Shown: positions 18,524-27,404 of the stretch, piece after piece | Numbering within the stretch: position 1 is the first letter of the stretch | Layout of the letters: every line of letters begins with the position of its first letter | IMG/VR virus record: IMGVR_UViG_3300032608_000446 | Coordinates: 1-38,244 of that record | Length of the DNA: 38,244 nt | Direction: 5' to 3' (one strand) | From: a virus | Taxonomy: Duplodnaviria > Caudoviricetes | Notes under the pieces: model-generated | Told to the model about the DNA's origin: nothing | Database searches by the model: none | The model's input: the letters and a program-made list of their open reading frames with translations, nothing else | Made by a program: the position numbers and the translations under genes

Positions 18524-18861
18524 TATACTACAGAGAAATCATAAGCAAACACCTTCCTGGAAGTCACAACCAGCAATCGCATGCGAGTGGTTCTGGAAGT
18601 TGGTTTGGGTTGGATCCAAAGGAAAGGGGCAAATTGGGGTCACGGTTCAAAGGGAAAATGGCGGTGGATTCCCTTTTTCCAAACCCCGGACATGTGCAGC
18701 ATAAGTATCCCGATGCCAAAGGTAATGCAGGTCGTGTAAAAGAATATGGGGTCAAAGATGCTGCAGCGACCAGAAAGAGATATGAGGATGCCTCAGTCCC
18801 AATCCCAAAAGAATCCATCTACGCCACGAAGGGCCGCCGCTTTTGGAGTTCCGAACGATGA
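18520..18861 (+). CDS. Small protein with K-HLPGSHNQQSH motif (putative capsid cargo)
   Basis: ATGA-coupled; motif shared with two sites in MuF. Confidence 0.65.
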   Translation: MIYYREIISKHLPGSHNQQSHASGSGSWFGLDPKERGKLGSRFKGKMAVDSLFPNPGHVQHKYPDAKGNAGRVKEYGVKDAAATRKRYEDASVPIPKESIYATKGRRFWSSER

Positions 18862-19088
18862 ACCCAAGCAACTGGGAAGAATTGTTCAAGACTGACGAGG
18901 ATCTTCGCCATTTCCTGCGGAACTTTCAGAAGTTCGATCGTTTGTTCTGTGGTGCCATGAATGGTGGGAATGAGTTTACATTGCGTTTTGAGGTCAAGGG
19001 TGATAAACACAAGTTGATACATTGCCGGGTCGGTACCGATGAGTGGGACAAGGTAGACAAGCCCAAAGAAAAGAAGGAGAAAAGATAG
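18858..19088 (+). CDS. Hypothetical protein
   Basis: GGAG RBS, ATGA overlap. Confidence 0.65.
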   Translation: MNPSNWEELFKTDEDLRHFLRNFQKFDRLFCGAMNGGNEFTLRFEVKGDKHKLIHCRVGTDEWDKVDKPKEKKEKR

Positions 19089-19163
19089 AAAGCGGTATTA
19101 GGATTGGCGTTTTATGGTCTATAATCAATAATGATTACCCAAACGTCGATGCGACTACGAGGA

Positions 19164-19207
19164 GCTGTGGCGTAAATCCTATGGGGTTTATGTACACAGT
19201 TTTTTTG
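19164..19207 (+). terminator. Rho-independent terminator-like hairpin
   Basis: GCTGTG-GCG-TAAATCC-tatg-GGGTTTA-TGT-a-CACAGT followed by a T run. Confidence 0.55.
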
Positions 19208-19220
19208 TGGAGACAATACC

Positions 19221-20114
19221 GTGAAAAATGTAACCTTCTATCTGGGCCCTGCCGTAAGTCTGGCCTCGCGAACTTTGGTCATTACCCGAATGTATCTGGC
19301 TGGTGACGACTCAGCCCCTTCGGCGTTCTATAATAATGCCCTTGCTGGTTCGGCCGAGGATGTCACAGTTGCTTTGACTAGTGGGGTCATTTGGCAGGCT
19401 GTGTTGACCGATGCCCGATCGTCGGGGGAAGAAAGCGTTCCGGATGTTCTTAACTTCCAAACAGCCACACTGATCTTTCCAGGGCCAAAATCTGGCGACC
19501 GGCTTGCAATCCTCTCAATGGAGGATTTGTCAAGTTCGTCGTCCACGAGTTCTTCGAGTGTAAGTTCGTCCTCGAACAGTTCACAGTCGAGCGCTTCCAG
19601 TCCGTCGTCCAGTTCCAGCTCGTCCAGTTCTTCGAGCAGCTCTAGCTCGTCCAGCTCCGTGAGTTCCTCTAGCCCGTCGAGCCCGAGTTCGTCCAGCCCG
19701 TCCAGCGAGAGTTCCAGCACATCGAGCCAATCGAGTGTCAGCTCTTCAAGTTCGAGCCAATCGAGTTCGAGTGCGTCGAGTATGTCGAGTTCGAGCCAAT
19801 CGGTTTCGTCCAGCTCTTCCTCGTCCAGCTCCGCGAGTTCTTCGAGCGAGTCCTCGGCCTCATCTTCGAGTGCGTCGAGTCCGTCAAGTTCAAGCGAGAG
19901 TTCCAGCACATCGAGCCAATCGAGTGTCAGCTCTTCAAGTTCGAGCCAGTCAAGCTCCGCGAGTTCTTCGAGCCCATCAAGTTCGTCTTGGTCGTCCTGG
20001 TCCAGCGACAGCTCTTCGAGCGTGTCGAGCAGCTTGTCGTCCTCGTCTTCGAGCGAGTCCTCGCATTCGAGTTCCAGTTGGTCAAGCCAATCGAGTGCTT
20101 CCAGCCAGAGTTAA
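19221..20114 (+). CDS. Poly-serine protein (about 103-aa beta domain plus about 194-aa Ser tract), putative virion decoration
   Basis: GGAG RBS and GTG start; tract about 78% Ser by hand count, encoded by mixed TCN/AGY codons. Confidence 0.8.
   Translation: MKNVTFYLGPAVSLASRTLVITRMYLAGDDSAPSAFYNNALAGSAEDVTVALTSGVIWQAVLTDARSSGEESVPDVLNFQTATLIFPGPKSGDRLAILSMEDLSSSSSTSSSSVSSSSNSSQSSASSPSSSSSSSSSSSSSSSSSSVSSSSPSSPSSSSPSSESSSTSSQSSVSSSSSSQSSSSASSMSSSSQSVSSSSSSSSSASSSSESSASSSSASSPSSSSESSSTSSQSSVSSSSSSQSSSASSSSPSSSSWSSWSSDSSSSVSSSLSSSSSSESSHSSSSWSSQSSASSQS
19704..19948 (+). repeat. 56-bp exact direct repeat (19704-19759 and 19893-19948) inside the Ser tract
   Basis: agcgagagttccagcacatcgagccaatcgagtgtcagctcttcaagttcgagcca occurs twice. 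Confidence 0.85.
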
Positions 20115-20123
20115 TAACAGTGC

Positions 20124-20528
20124 ATGAGCAGAATCATCCGAGCATGGCAGCGATACCAGGCACGTCCGAAATACGACGGCCCGGACGCTGCCGTCTTGGA
20201 TGGTCAAAAAATCATATTAGAAGAGGAGTCCAAAATGCCCCGTGAGTTCAAGCTTCCTCCGAAGCACATGGACAATGTTATTCGCCTTGTCAAAAAGGCT
20301 TCGCTCGATCATGTGAAGCACCTGAGGACGGCAACATACAACAACTTGAAGCGGTTGGAGCTGACGCGGGATGGCCGACTTGCCCGCCGCAAGATTCCTG
20401 TGGGAAGTGATCAGTTCGACCTGGGCTCAATCATCACGTGGATGAGCCGAATTCCAAAGACCGACAAAAAGGCCGTCAGGCAGTTGTTGGTCATTGATGC
20501 GACGTGTTGCCGTCGATTGGGGGGCTAA
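20124..20528 (+). CDS. Hypothetical basic protein
   Basis: 134-aa ORF; an alternative start at MPREF has its own GAGGAG RBS. Confidence 0.65.
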   Translation: MSRIIRAWQRYQARPKYDGPDAAVLDGQKIILEEESKMPREFKLPPKHMDNVIRLVKKASLDHVKHLRTATYNNLKRLELTRDGRLARRKIPVGSDQFDLGSIITWMSRIPKTDKKAVRQLLVIDATCCRRLGG

Positions 20529-20569
20529 GTGCCGTCACAATTTGCTATTCACAATCCAGAGGAAAAGCA

Positions 20570-22294
20570 ATGACAAACGAACAACTCCTTGCCGCTATTC
20601 GGTCCCGTGGACAAAAGGCGACCGAATTCGGCTATGGAATTCAGACGGCCGACGTCTATGTACGAACGCTTGCGGAGCGGATCGGAATTGATTCTTGCTA
20701 CAAGCACGTGGCGGACAGGAAGACCAGCCTCGATGATCTGATGCAAAAGGCAGGTCGGACGTTGGTATACAGCAATCCAAGCATGACGATCGAGTCTAAG
20801 GATGTTGATAAGATTCGCAAAGACCATGATATCGAGCTTCCCAAAAACACCTTGATGGCATTTCGGCACGTGCTAACGACCTCAACCAAGGATCGAGACG
20901 GGGACGTTCTTCATGCTGGTGGGGCCAAGCCTGATCCGAAGATGTTGATGCTTTTCCAGCATCTACACAACTCGCCGATCGGCAAAGCCATTACGATTGC
21001 CGATCAGACCGATGAATACCTCAAGATGATTTCCTGCATCGTCGATATCAACCCGCTGAGCCATGATTGTGCGGTTATGATCGACAACGACATGGGCCGG
21101 TTCAGTCACGGTTTTCGGGCCATTGATTTTGACGAGATCAAGGAGGGGGACAGCAAGAAACCAAACGGATCGTTCGAGATTCGTGAGTTTGAGATCATGG
21201 AGGAAAGTTTGGTCAGTGTTCCAGCCAACATCGACGCGACGACCGAAGAGGTCATGCTGTCGTTGGTCGAGGGCGGGAAACTGACTAGTCCGTTAATGAA
21301 GGTGTATGGTAAGACCCTGCGGGACAAGCGGCCGGTTTCGGTGCCAGTCACTTTCCGAGAGATTCAATGCAATTCATTCGACGAACTCAAGCAGGCTCAC
21401 GATGCTGGTTTGATCGCCGGAGCAGCCCAGGAGAAGAGCGATGAACAAGACGACAAAGGACTCACAGCCCCCGCATCAGAAAAAGCCGGGAAGACCGACG
21501 ACAACAAAGGACACGGCGAAGACGGAAAAGCGGAAGGTTCCGACAAGGAAATAGTTTGTCCGAAGTGCGGCGGAACTCTCAAGGATGGTAAATGCTCAGA
21601 GTGCGGTTATGTGATGCCGAAGTTGGATGAGGGTGGCAAGGTTGTCGTCGGCGGGAAGCCAGAAGATGGGGAGAAATACTACGCGGCCATCGACAATTCC
21701 TATGAATGGGTCCGAGATCAGTTGAATCCCCAAGTAGGGAATCTCTTGGCCCCGGCTGAAAATGAGTTGTGCTACATCGAGGCCACCTTTTCAGATCATG
21801 TGATTGTGCAAAAGGATGGGAAAGACGCCCCCACCTATTATCGAATTGCTTGGGAAATGAAGGACGGAAAACCTGAATTGGGAACCGAAGCCAAACCCGT
21901 TGAGATTGAGCCGGCCAGGGTGCGGTTGCCCAAGGGAACAAAACCCGAGGGAATCAAACAGGGCCGAGCCTTTTCCAAGGCCAATGAAGTGCGTCTCCAA
22001 GATGCCGTCGATGATCTTGCAGAACTTAGCAAGATGGATATTCCCCGATCTGCCAAGGCTTTGGTGAAGTCGGCATCGGGTACGTTGGCAGTCATATTGA
22101 AACAACTTGAGAAGCCGGAGACGCAAGACCCTGAGCAGCAGTCTACCATGGCCCTGTTCGTGGCAAATGCTTCCCCGACCGAACGAAAACAAATGAAAGA
22201 ATTGCTTGCGATGTTCGAGAAAACCGAACAGCGAGCAAAAGAAGTGAGACAATACCGGGGATTGTTCCCTGGCAAGACACGCCGGGCAAAGTGA
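20570..22294 (+). CDS. HK97-type prohead protease (peptidase S78) with long C-terminal extension
   Basis: KDRDGDVL, MLFQH...PIGK, FSHGF, EESLVSVPAN; extension includes a CPKC..KCSEC ribbon and KQGRAFSKAN. Confidence 0.85.
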   Translation: MTNEQLLAAIRSRGQKATEFGYGIQTADVYVRTLAERIGIDSCYKHVADRKTSLDDLMQKAGRTLVYSNPSMTIESKDVDKIRKDHDIELPKNTLMAFRHVLTTSTKDRDGDVLHAGGAKPDPKMLMLFQHLHNSPIGKAITIADQTDEYLKMISCIVDINPLSHDCAVMIDNDMGRFSHGFRAIDFDEIKEGDSKKPNGSFEIREFEIMEESLVSVPANIDATTEEVMLSLVEGGKLTSPLMKVYGKTLRDKRPVSVPVTFREIQCNSFDELKQAHDAGLIAGAAQEKSDEQDDKGLTAPASEKAGKTDDNKGHGEDGKAEGSDKEIVCPKCGGTLKDGKCSECGYVMPKLDEGGKVVVGGKPEDGEKYYAAIDNSYEWVRDQLNPQVGNLLAPAENELCYIEATFSDHVIVQKDGKDAPTYYRIAWEMKDGKPELGTEAKPVEIEPARVRLPKGTKPEGIKQGRAFSKANEVRLQDAVDDLAELSKMDIPRSAKALVKSASGTLAVILKQLEKPETQDPEQQSTMALFVANASPTERKQMKELLAMFEKTEQRAKEVRQYRGLFPGKTRRAK

Positions 22295-22336
22295 TCCAGG
22301 CGGTCAACTAAGTTTCGGTTCAACCAGGAGAAAAAA

Positions 22337-23998
22337 ATGAATCTGACCGAAGCTCTGAAAAACTGGCTCGTTGAAAACAAGAAAGTCGACAACAAAGACG
22401 TTTCTGACGACGTGTTCAGTAAGGCCGCTGCGGAGGCATTGTGTGACAAGTCTCTATCGGCCGAGGATTATTTCGAGTTGTCAAAGGAAGCTGACGACGA
22501 GAACGCCGATGAGGTTGCCAAGCATTTCCAATCGCTTGGAGCCGACATCAAAGAAACCAACACCCTGCTCAAATCGATGATCGAAACGAGCAAGGACTTG
22601 AAGATCGAGGACAAGGAAGAGGAAGAGGATGAAAAGGATGAGGAAACGGAAGTCAAGGGAAAGATTCCCAAGACTGACAAGAAGGTCGACGTCTCCGGCC
22701 TCGTGGCTTCCCAGGGTGGAACGCCTACGGAGCTCGGCCAGGACAAGGCCGTCAAGATTCGGGTCAAGGAAGCGGCTGACATGTACGACATGCAGCGAAA
22801 GTCGATGGTCTATCCGTCGATGAAAGAAAACGGTCGGGCCCACCAGCTTGCTGGTCAACGGGTCAAGGACTTCGGTCGTGCTCTCGATGAGCCGAGCGAA
22901 CAGGACGCAGCCCTGGCCGGTGCCTGGGCCAAGTTCCAGATTGCGTCGGCCTGCCCGAAGATCGCAGGAAGTGCCGAACGTGCTTGGGAAGTGATGCCTG
23001 AACACGACAAGAACCTGCTCCACCATCTTACCGAAAAGGGGATGTGGGACGATTCTTTGGACCCCGACGTGACGGGTCGACCTCGACTGCGTTCCCGCAA
23101 GGGCTACGCCGGTGGGATGAAGGCCCTGATCGATGATTCGACCAGTGGTGGCCTCGAAGCCGCCCCGATCGTGTTTGACGACATGGTCATTACGACTCCG
23201 TTGCTTTATGGTGAGCTGTATCCGCTCGTCAACACCGTTCCGCTGGCACGCGGTCGCCGAGTTGAAGGGGTTTCGACCGGAACCGTGACCAGTGCTTGGG
23301 GTGGGGTCGATGATACGGCTATCACGTTGTTCAGTACGGCAACCTACGTGTCGGCATTCGATACGACCATCTTCAGGTGGCAGGGTTCGGTCAGAATCGG
23401 ATTGGACTTCCTCTCCGACACCCCGATCGATTTCGGTCGCCATATCACCGGCCAGTACGGTGAGAGGTTGCTGGAGGATCTGGATGATGTGATCGCTGTC
23501 GGAAACGGCACGACCCAACCAGAAGGCGTCATCAACAAGACCGGTGCTACGTCCGTCAGCTTCGGTGGATCGACCTCCATTGGCAATTACGAATCCCTGC
23601 GATTCGGTGTTGTCAAGGCCGAGCACCGAGCCAACGTCAAGGCTTCGGCGGTCTTCTGTGGAACGGAAACCAGCTACTCGCGAGTCATGGCTCTCAACGT
23701 GGGAACCACCGATGCTCGCCGCCTCTTCTCCATGTCGGAGCAGGGGCCCAACTACGACGGCTACACGATCATGGGCCGTCCGTACAAGATCAATGAATCG
23801 CTGAGCGAAAGCCAGCTGTTCTACGCCATCATGGCCCGGTACCGAATGTACCGACGCAAGGGTTTGGCAATTCGGACTTCGACCGAGGGCGACACCCTCA
23901 TCCGTCGGAACGAGATGCTGATCGTTGCCATGTCCCGTTGGGGCGGCCAGATGGAGCGTGGGGCGTGTTGTGCCGTTGTTACCAACGCACCCGCCTAA
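22337..23998 (+). CDS. Major capsid protein (HK97 fold) with long N-terminal scaffold/delta domain
   Basis: Follows the protease; K-ALIDDSTSGGLEAAP mature-start-like motif; LDFLSDT..D, GNGTTQPEGVI, IMGRPY. Confidence 0.9.
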   Translation: MNLTEALKNWLVENKKVDNKDVSDDVFSKAAAEALCDKSLSAEDYFELSKEADDENADEVAKHFQSLGADIKETNTLLKSMIETSKDLKIEDKEEEEDEKDEETEVKGKIPKTDKKVDVSGLVASQGGTPTELGQDKAVKIRVKEAADMYDMQRKSMVYPSMKENGRAHQLAGQRVKDFGRALDEPSEQDAALAGAWAKFQIASACPKIAGSAERAWEVMPEHDKNLLHHLTEKGMWDDSLDPDVTGRPRLRSRKGYAGGMKALIDDSTSGGLEAAPIVFDDMVITTPLLYGELYPLVNTVPLARGRRVEGVSTGTVTSAWGGVDDTAITLFSTATYVSAFDTTIFRWQGSVRIGLDFLSDTPIDFGRHITGQYGERLLEDLDDVIAVGNGTTQPEGVINKTGATSVSFGGSTSIGNYESLRFGVVKAEHRANVKASAVFCGTETSYSRVMALNVGTTDARRLFSMSEQGPNYDGYTIMGRPYKINESLSESQLFYAIMARYRMYRRKGLAIRTSTEGDTLIRRNEMLIVAMSRWGGQMERGACCAVVTNAPA

Positions 23999-24013
23999 GA
24001 ATCCCTGTTGCAA

Positions 24014-24063
24014 CGCCGGCTGGAGAGGTTTATCGTTCTTCGGCCCTCCAGCCGGCGATTTTC
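24014..24063 (+). terminator. Strong hairpin after the capsid gene, probable terminator
   Basis: 12-bp perfect stem CGCCGGCTGGAG / CTCCAGCCGGCG followed by ATTTTC (short U tract). Confidence 0.65.
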
Positions 24064-24108
24064 AAACGAAGAACAAATCGAAGAACAAACACACACGAGG
24101 AGAACGAA

Positions 24109-24690
24109 ATGAGTGCAAGCGTACCACCTTTTGGAATCAAAGCTGATCACCCCCGGAACTGTGATTTGAAAATCCAAGGCATCCCTGGCTGCCGACTTCG
24201 ATCTCGCATCACCGCGAGCCGTACCGTGGTTGGAGGCCCTCAGAATCCCGACGACATAGTGATCCCACCCGATCAGTCGCGGCACTTGGGAATCCTGCCG
24301 GAGATCCCGGGGATGGAGCTTCATATCAATCCGGAGAAATGCACCTACAAGATCCTTGATCCGTTACATGGTGACAATAAGATTTTGAAGCGGATTCAGC
24401 GTGGTCTGGAACAGGACGATCGACCGTTTCGCGGTACGAAGTTTGCAGGTGTCCCTCCCAAGGAAGGGAAGTTGGACAAGCACCGGATGAAGACTCTGTG
24501 CCGTGAGTTGGTGCAGTTGTTGGAATGTGAGCATGTAGCGATGGCCAAGGGACCGAAACCCGGTCTGGAAGAGGTCAATGAGTTGGATGGGAATTACCTG
24601 ACCAACCCGGGTGCGACGGTTCCCAACACCCAGCCGATGTTCGAGAAGGACATGGCAGATTACGACGCCAAGGTCAACGAGGTTCATTGA
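24109..24690 (+). CDS. Hypothetical protein (head module)
   Basis: GAGGAG RBS before MSASVPP. Confidence 0.7.
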   Translation: MSASVPPFGIKADHPRNCDLKIQGIPGCRLRSRITASRTVVGGPQNPDDIVIPPDQSRHLGILPEIPGMELHINPEKCTYKILDPLHGDNKILKRIQRGLEQDDRPFRGTKFAGVPPKEGKLDKHRMKTLCRELVQLLECEHVAMAKGPKPGLEEVNELDGNYLTNPGATVPNTQPMFEKDMADYDAKVNEVH

Positions 24691-25145
24691 TGGCAGTAGC
24701 ATCCCGAGCCATCGAAGCAGCCCGAGCCCGGCAAACAATCCGGGCCGGGCAGTCCGAGGTTCGGATTGAATGGATGATCAAAGAGGTCGTTGGCAAGATC
24801 AACATGACGATGGATCGTCGAACCCGACTTGCTACTGAATTGGTGAAGAGCAAGATCATCAAGAACATCTCGGTGGCAGTGCTCAAGGAAACGGGACCGA
24901 TGGGTGGAACTATTGTTACTCAACGGAGTGTGCGGGGGGAATTTCCCCGGGCCGATACCGTGCAGTTGTTGAAGTCATTGTTCAGCGAAGTGAAGATTAC
25001 GAAGAATGGATCGCAGGGGTATGTCGGCACCCCGCTTTCGTATGGACTGATTTTGGAGCTCCACCGTAGACGCAGTTTCCTGGTTCGGACTCTTAATGAA
25101 AACAGGTCAAGAGTGAAGGCTATTTTGTCGAGTCGCATCAAATGA
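24690..25145 (+). CDS. Neck/tail-completion protein (HK97 gp10-like)
   Basis: RS..GEFPRADT.QL.KS, GYVGT.LSYG..LE, RSFL..TL. Confidence 0.7.
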   Translation: MAVASRAIEAARARQTIRAGQSEVRIEWMIKEVVGKINMTMDRRTRLATELVKSKIIKNISVAVLKETGPMGGTIVTQRSVRGEFPRADTVQLLKSLFSEVKITKNGSQGYVGTPLSYGLILELHRRRSFLVRTLNENRSRVKAILSSRIK

Positions 25146-25633
25146 GCATAGGATCAGCTGACATTCAGAAAGTGATCAAGGCGGCCTGGGACACAGCGTC
25201 CTTGGACGACAAGTTCACCGATTTGGGTGGAAGCACTCCGGTCTTGAACTATGGTGAGGCGACCCCGGAACAAGATCAACCGTATTGCGTTTGGGACTAC
25301 GCATCACCGGACGTCGAAACGAGAATGACTGGCGGATCAGCCACATTGAATCGAGAAATCCGAAACGGCAGTCTGAAGTTCGATGTTCATGCGAAGCCAA
25401 TTGATGGGGAGTCTCGCGGATCTTCCGAGATTGCTGCGTATCTGATCGAAGAGATCATGAAGGTGTTCGGCGGTCATCCAGAGACAAACCCAACCGCGGA
25501 GTACGCCCTGGCAGCCGGCAATTTCCTGAATATGCAATACACGAGAGACTACTGTGTACGAAGTGGAGACAACAACAATTATCAGTGGACGCTCGAATAC
25601 CAAGTGACCGTCGACGTCCCAGTAGCTTTATAG
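25142..25633 (+). CDS. Tail terminator (SPP1 gp17-like)
   Basis: Position after the neck gene; EA......PYCVW, L.FDVHA, W.LEY.V. Confidence 0.65.
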   Translation: MSIGSADIQKVIKAAWDTASLDDKFTDLGGSTPVLNYGEATPEQDQPYCVWDYASPDVETRMTGGSATLNREIRNGSLKFDVHAKPIDGESRGSSEIAAYLIEEIMKVFGGHPETNPTAEYALAAGNFLNMQYTRDYCVRSGDNNNYQWTLEYQVTVDVPVAL

Positions 25634-25643
25634 GGAGCGAACA

Positions 25644-26360
25644 GTGGCAACTCAAACAATCACGACCCCGAAAATCAGTATCCAAGTTGCTGGTACGATC
25701 AAGAACACCTTGGATGATGGGGCCGTTTCTGCCATTGCCCATCCAGCCTGCAACATCTCGCCGACTCTGGCAAACGGGGTCAGTGCGGCCCAATGCAATC
25801 GGGGTTGGCAGCGAAAGTCAGTGACGATCACCAAGGGAGCTCAGGAGACAATCGATCTCTATGACTTTGTCAACATCGACATTGGAGCGGGTGCTGGACT
25901 GGATGGTCTTGGGCAGGCAATCACCTTCGAGGAAATTGTCTGCATCGTGATCTTCAACGAGAACGCCGTTGGGGCAGCAGGTATCTTGGAAGTGATCCCA
26001 GCCAGCAGTCAGGGATGGGATCCAATTGGAATCCATACGAATGCCCTTGGTGGGGCCTTTCATGGTCAATCGGGGCTTGTCAAGTTCGACACCTCGGAGA
26101 CGGCGTTTGCCCTTACCGATGCTTCCAGTCACCGAATCACCCTACGTGCTGTGGATGGGGATGTTTCGGTGTCGATCTACATTCTGGCCCGCCACGACGA
26201 CAATGAATCCAGTTCGAGTTCGTCATCGTCCAGCAGTTCTTCAAGCAACTCGGTCAGTTCCAGCTCGCAGTCCACCAGTACCAGTTCAAGTTCTTCGAGT
26301 CAATCGACATCCAGCAGCAATTCGTCATCTAGCTTGTCGAGTGCATCCAGCCAATCTTAG
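25644..26360 (+). CDS. Structural protein with about 50-aa C-terminal poly-Ser tail
   Basis: GGAG RBS and GTG start; beta-rich domain then HDDNE-SSSS...SSASSQS*; lies between terminator and tail tube. Confidence 0.8.
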   Translation: MATQTITTPKISIQVAGTIKNTLDDGAVSAIAHPACNISPTLANGVSAAQCNRGWQRKSVTITKGAQETIDLYDFVNIDIGAGAGLDGLGQAITFEEIVCIVIFNENAVGAAGILEVIPASSQGWDPIGIHTNALGGAFHGQSGLVKFDTSETAFALTDASSHRITLRAVDGDVSVSIYILARHDDNESSSSSSSSSSSSSNSVSSSSQSTSTSSSSSSQSTSSSNSSSSLSSASSQS

Positions 26361-26374
26361 TATAGGAGTTTCGT

Positions 26375-26806
26375 ATGTCCAGTGAGAATACCCTAACCGG
26401 CCGGCTCGGTAACTTCCAAGTCGGTACCTCAGAAGTTGCCCGCACCACGCAGTGGGCCACCAATCCGACCCTTGCGAGCAGCAGTGAGTGGGGGGACAGC
26501 GACAGCTCCGGCTTCACAAACCGAGCAGCGGGCCGCAAGGATTGTACGTTCAACGCCGAGGGCAAGTACAGCACCACCGCCGAGCAGTTTGATCTGTTCC
26601 AGCCTGAGGACATTCTGGTCTGTGTGTTGTGGTTGAATCGCACCGACCTGTATTGGGATTTCCCTCGGGCCCTGTGCAATGACTTCAATCTCACCGTCAA
26701 CATCGATACCGAAGAGGTGATCGGCTGGACCTCGGGTTGGGGTGCCGATGGCGTTTATTACTACCCAGGTGAAGCCTCGGCAACGGCTCGAACATTCCCG
26801 ACGTAG
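26375..26806 (+). CDS. Tail tube (major tail) protein, siphovirus-type
   Basis: 143 aa; LTGR.G, W..N, DSDSSGF....AGRKD.TFNAEG, EVIGW...W.ADG. Confidence 0.7.
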   Translation: MSSENTLTGRLGNFQVGTSEVARTTQWATNPTLASSSEWGDSDSSGFTNRAAGRKDCTFNAEGKYSTTAEQFDLFQPEDILVCVLWLNRTDLYWDFPRALCNDFNLTVNIDTEEVIGWTSGWGADGVYYYPGEASATARTFPT

Positions 26807-26819
26807 TTGAAGGTTTGAA

Positions 26820-27404
26820 ATGAATACCACTACCAAACTTTTAGAGCAGATCGCCGAGACCTACCAACTGTTGGGGCAGGTCTTGACAAAGACCCAACGG
26901 CATCGGCCGGCCGGGTCTCCTCAGGGTGGGCAGTTTGCTCCAAGTTCTGGTGGTGGCTCTGGCGGCTCCGGTGGGCCGAAAAAGCCGCCTGTGTTGGCTC
27001 AGCCCCCGAAACCAGGGGGAAGGTTGGGCGGAAGTCCCGGGGGCCGGGACTCCTACAACGATCGCATTGAGGGAACTCAGAAGGAAGCCGATCGGGAGGT
27101 CAAGCGGGCCGACAAGGCTGTTAAAAAGGCAGAGGTGGCGTTGGGTCGGGCAAAGGTTCGTTTGGCTTCCAGTAAAGTAGAAGGATTGAATAAACAGTTG
27201 GTTGAAATCAAAACAAAAAAAGCAGTTTTGAAGGAAAAGCTAGCAGCAAGCCAAGCCCGAATTGCCGCTTTGAAAAAGCAACTGAAGAAGAGTGTTGAAA
27301 AGGACCTCGACAAGGAACTGAAGGTCATGGCGATTTTGATTGAATCTCTCCAAGGAATCACCAAGGATGCCGAGACCCTCGTCAAAAAGTTGAATGCAAT
27401 ATGA
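26820..27404 (+). CDS. Basic coiled-coil protein with RHRPAGSPQGGQFAP motif (putative capsid cargo)
   Basis: Short leader, K, motif, Gly-rich linker, Lys-rich coiled coil. Confidence 0.65.
   Translation: MNTTTKLLEQIAETYQLLGQVLTKTQRHRPAGSPQGGQFAPSSGGGSGGSGGPKKPPVLAQPPKPGGRLGGSPGGRDSYNDRIEGTQKEADREVKRADKAVKKAEVALGRAKVRLASSKVEGLNKQLVEIKTKKAVLKEKLAASQARIAALKKQLKKSVEKDLDKELKVMAILIESLQGITKDAETLVKKLNAI

Noticed and set aside
19530-20111. Possible CRISPR array or DNA satellite
   Set aside because: No constant repeat with unique spacers; repetition is codon-level within an ORF.
19328-20127. Leu/Glu/Asp-rich minus ORF (19328..19909) and Arg/Val-rich alternative + frame (19735..20127)
   Set aside because: By-products of Ser codon runs; the Ser frame has an RBS, a globular N-domain and synonymous codon variation.
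22481-24013. 510-aa minus-strand ORF
   Set aside because: Antisense shadow of the strongly codon-biased major capsid gene.
44-24108. Longer upstream starts in the ORF track (44, 1234, 1812, 6309, 8445, 10434, 16784, 20504, 23938)
   Set aside because: They overlap upstream genes or a terminator; downstream starts have an RBS or stop-start coupling and give clean signal peptides or domain starts.
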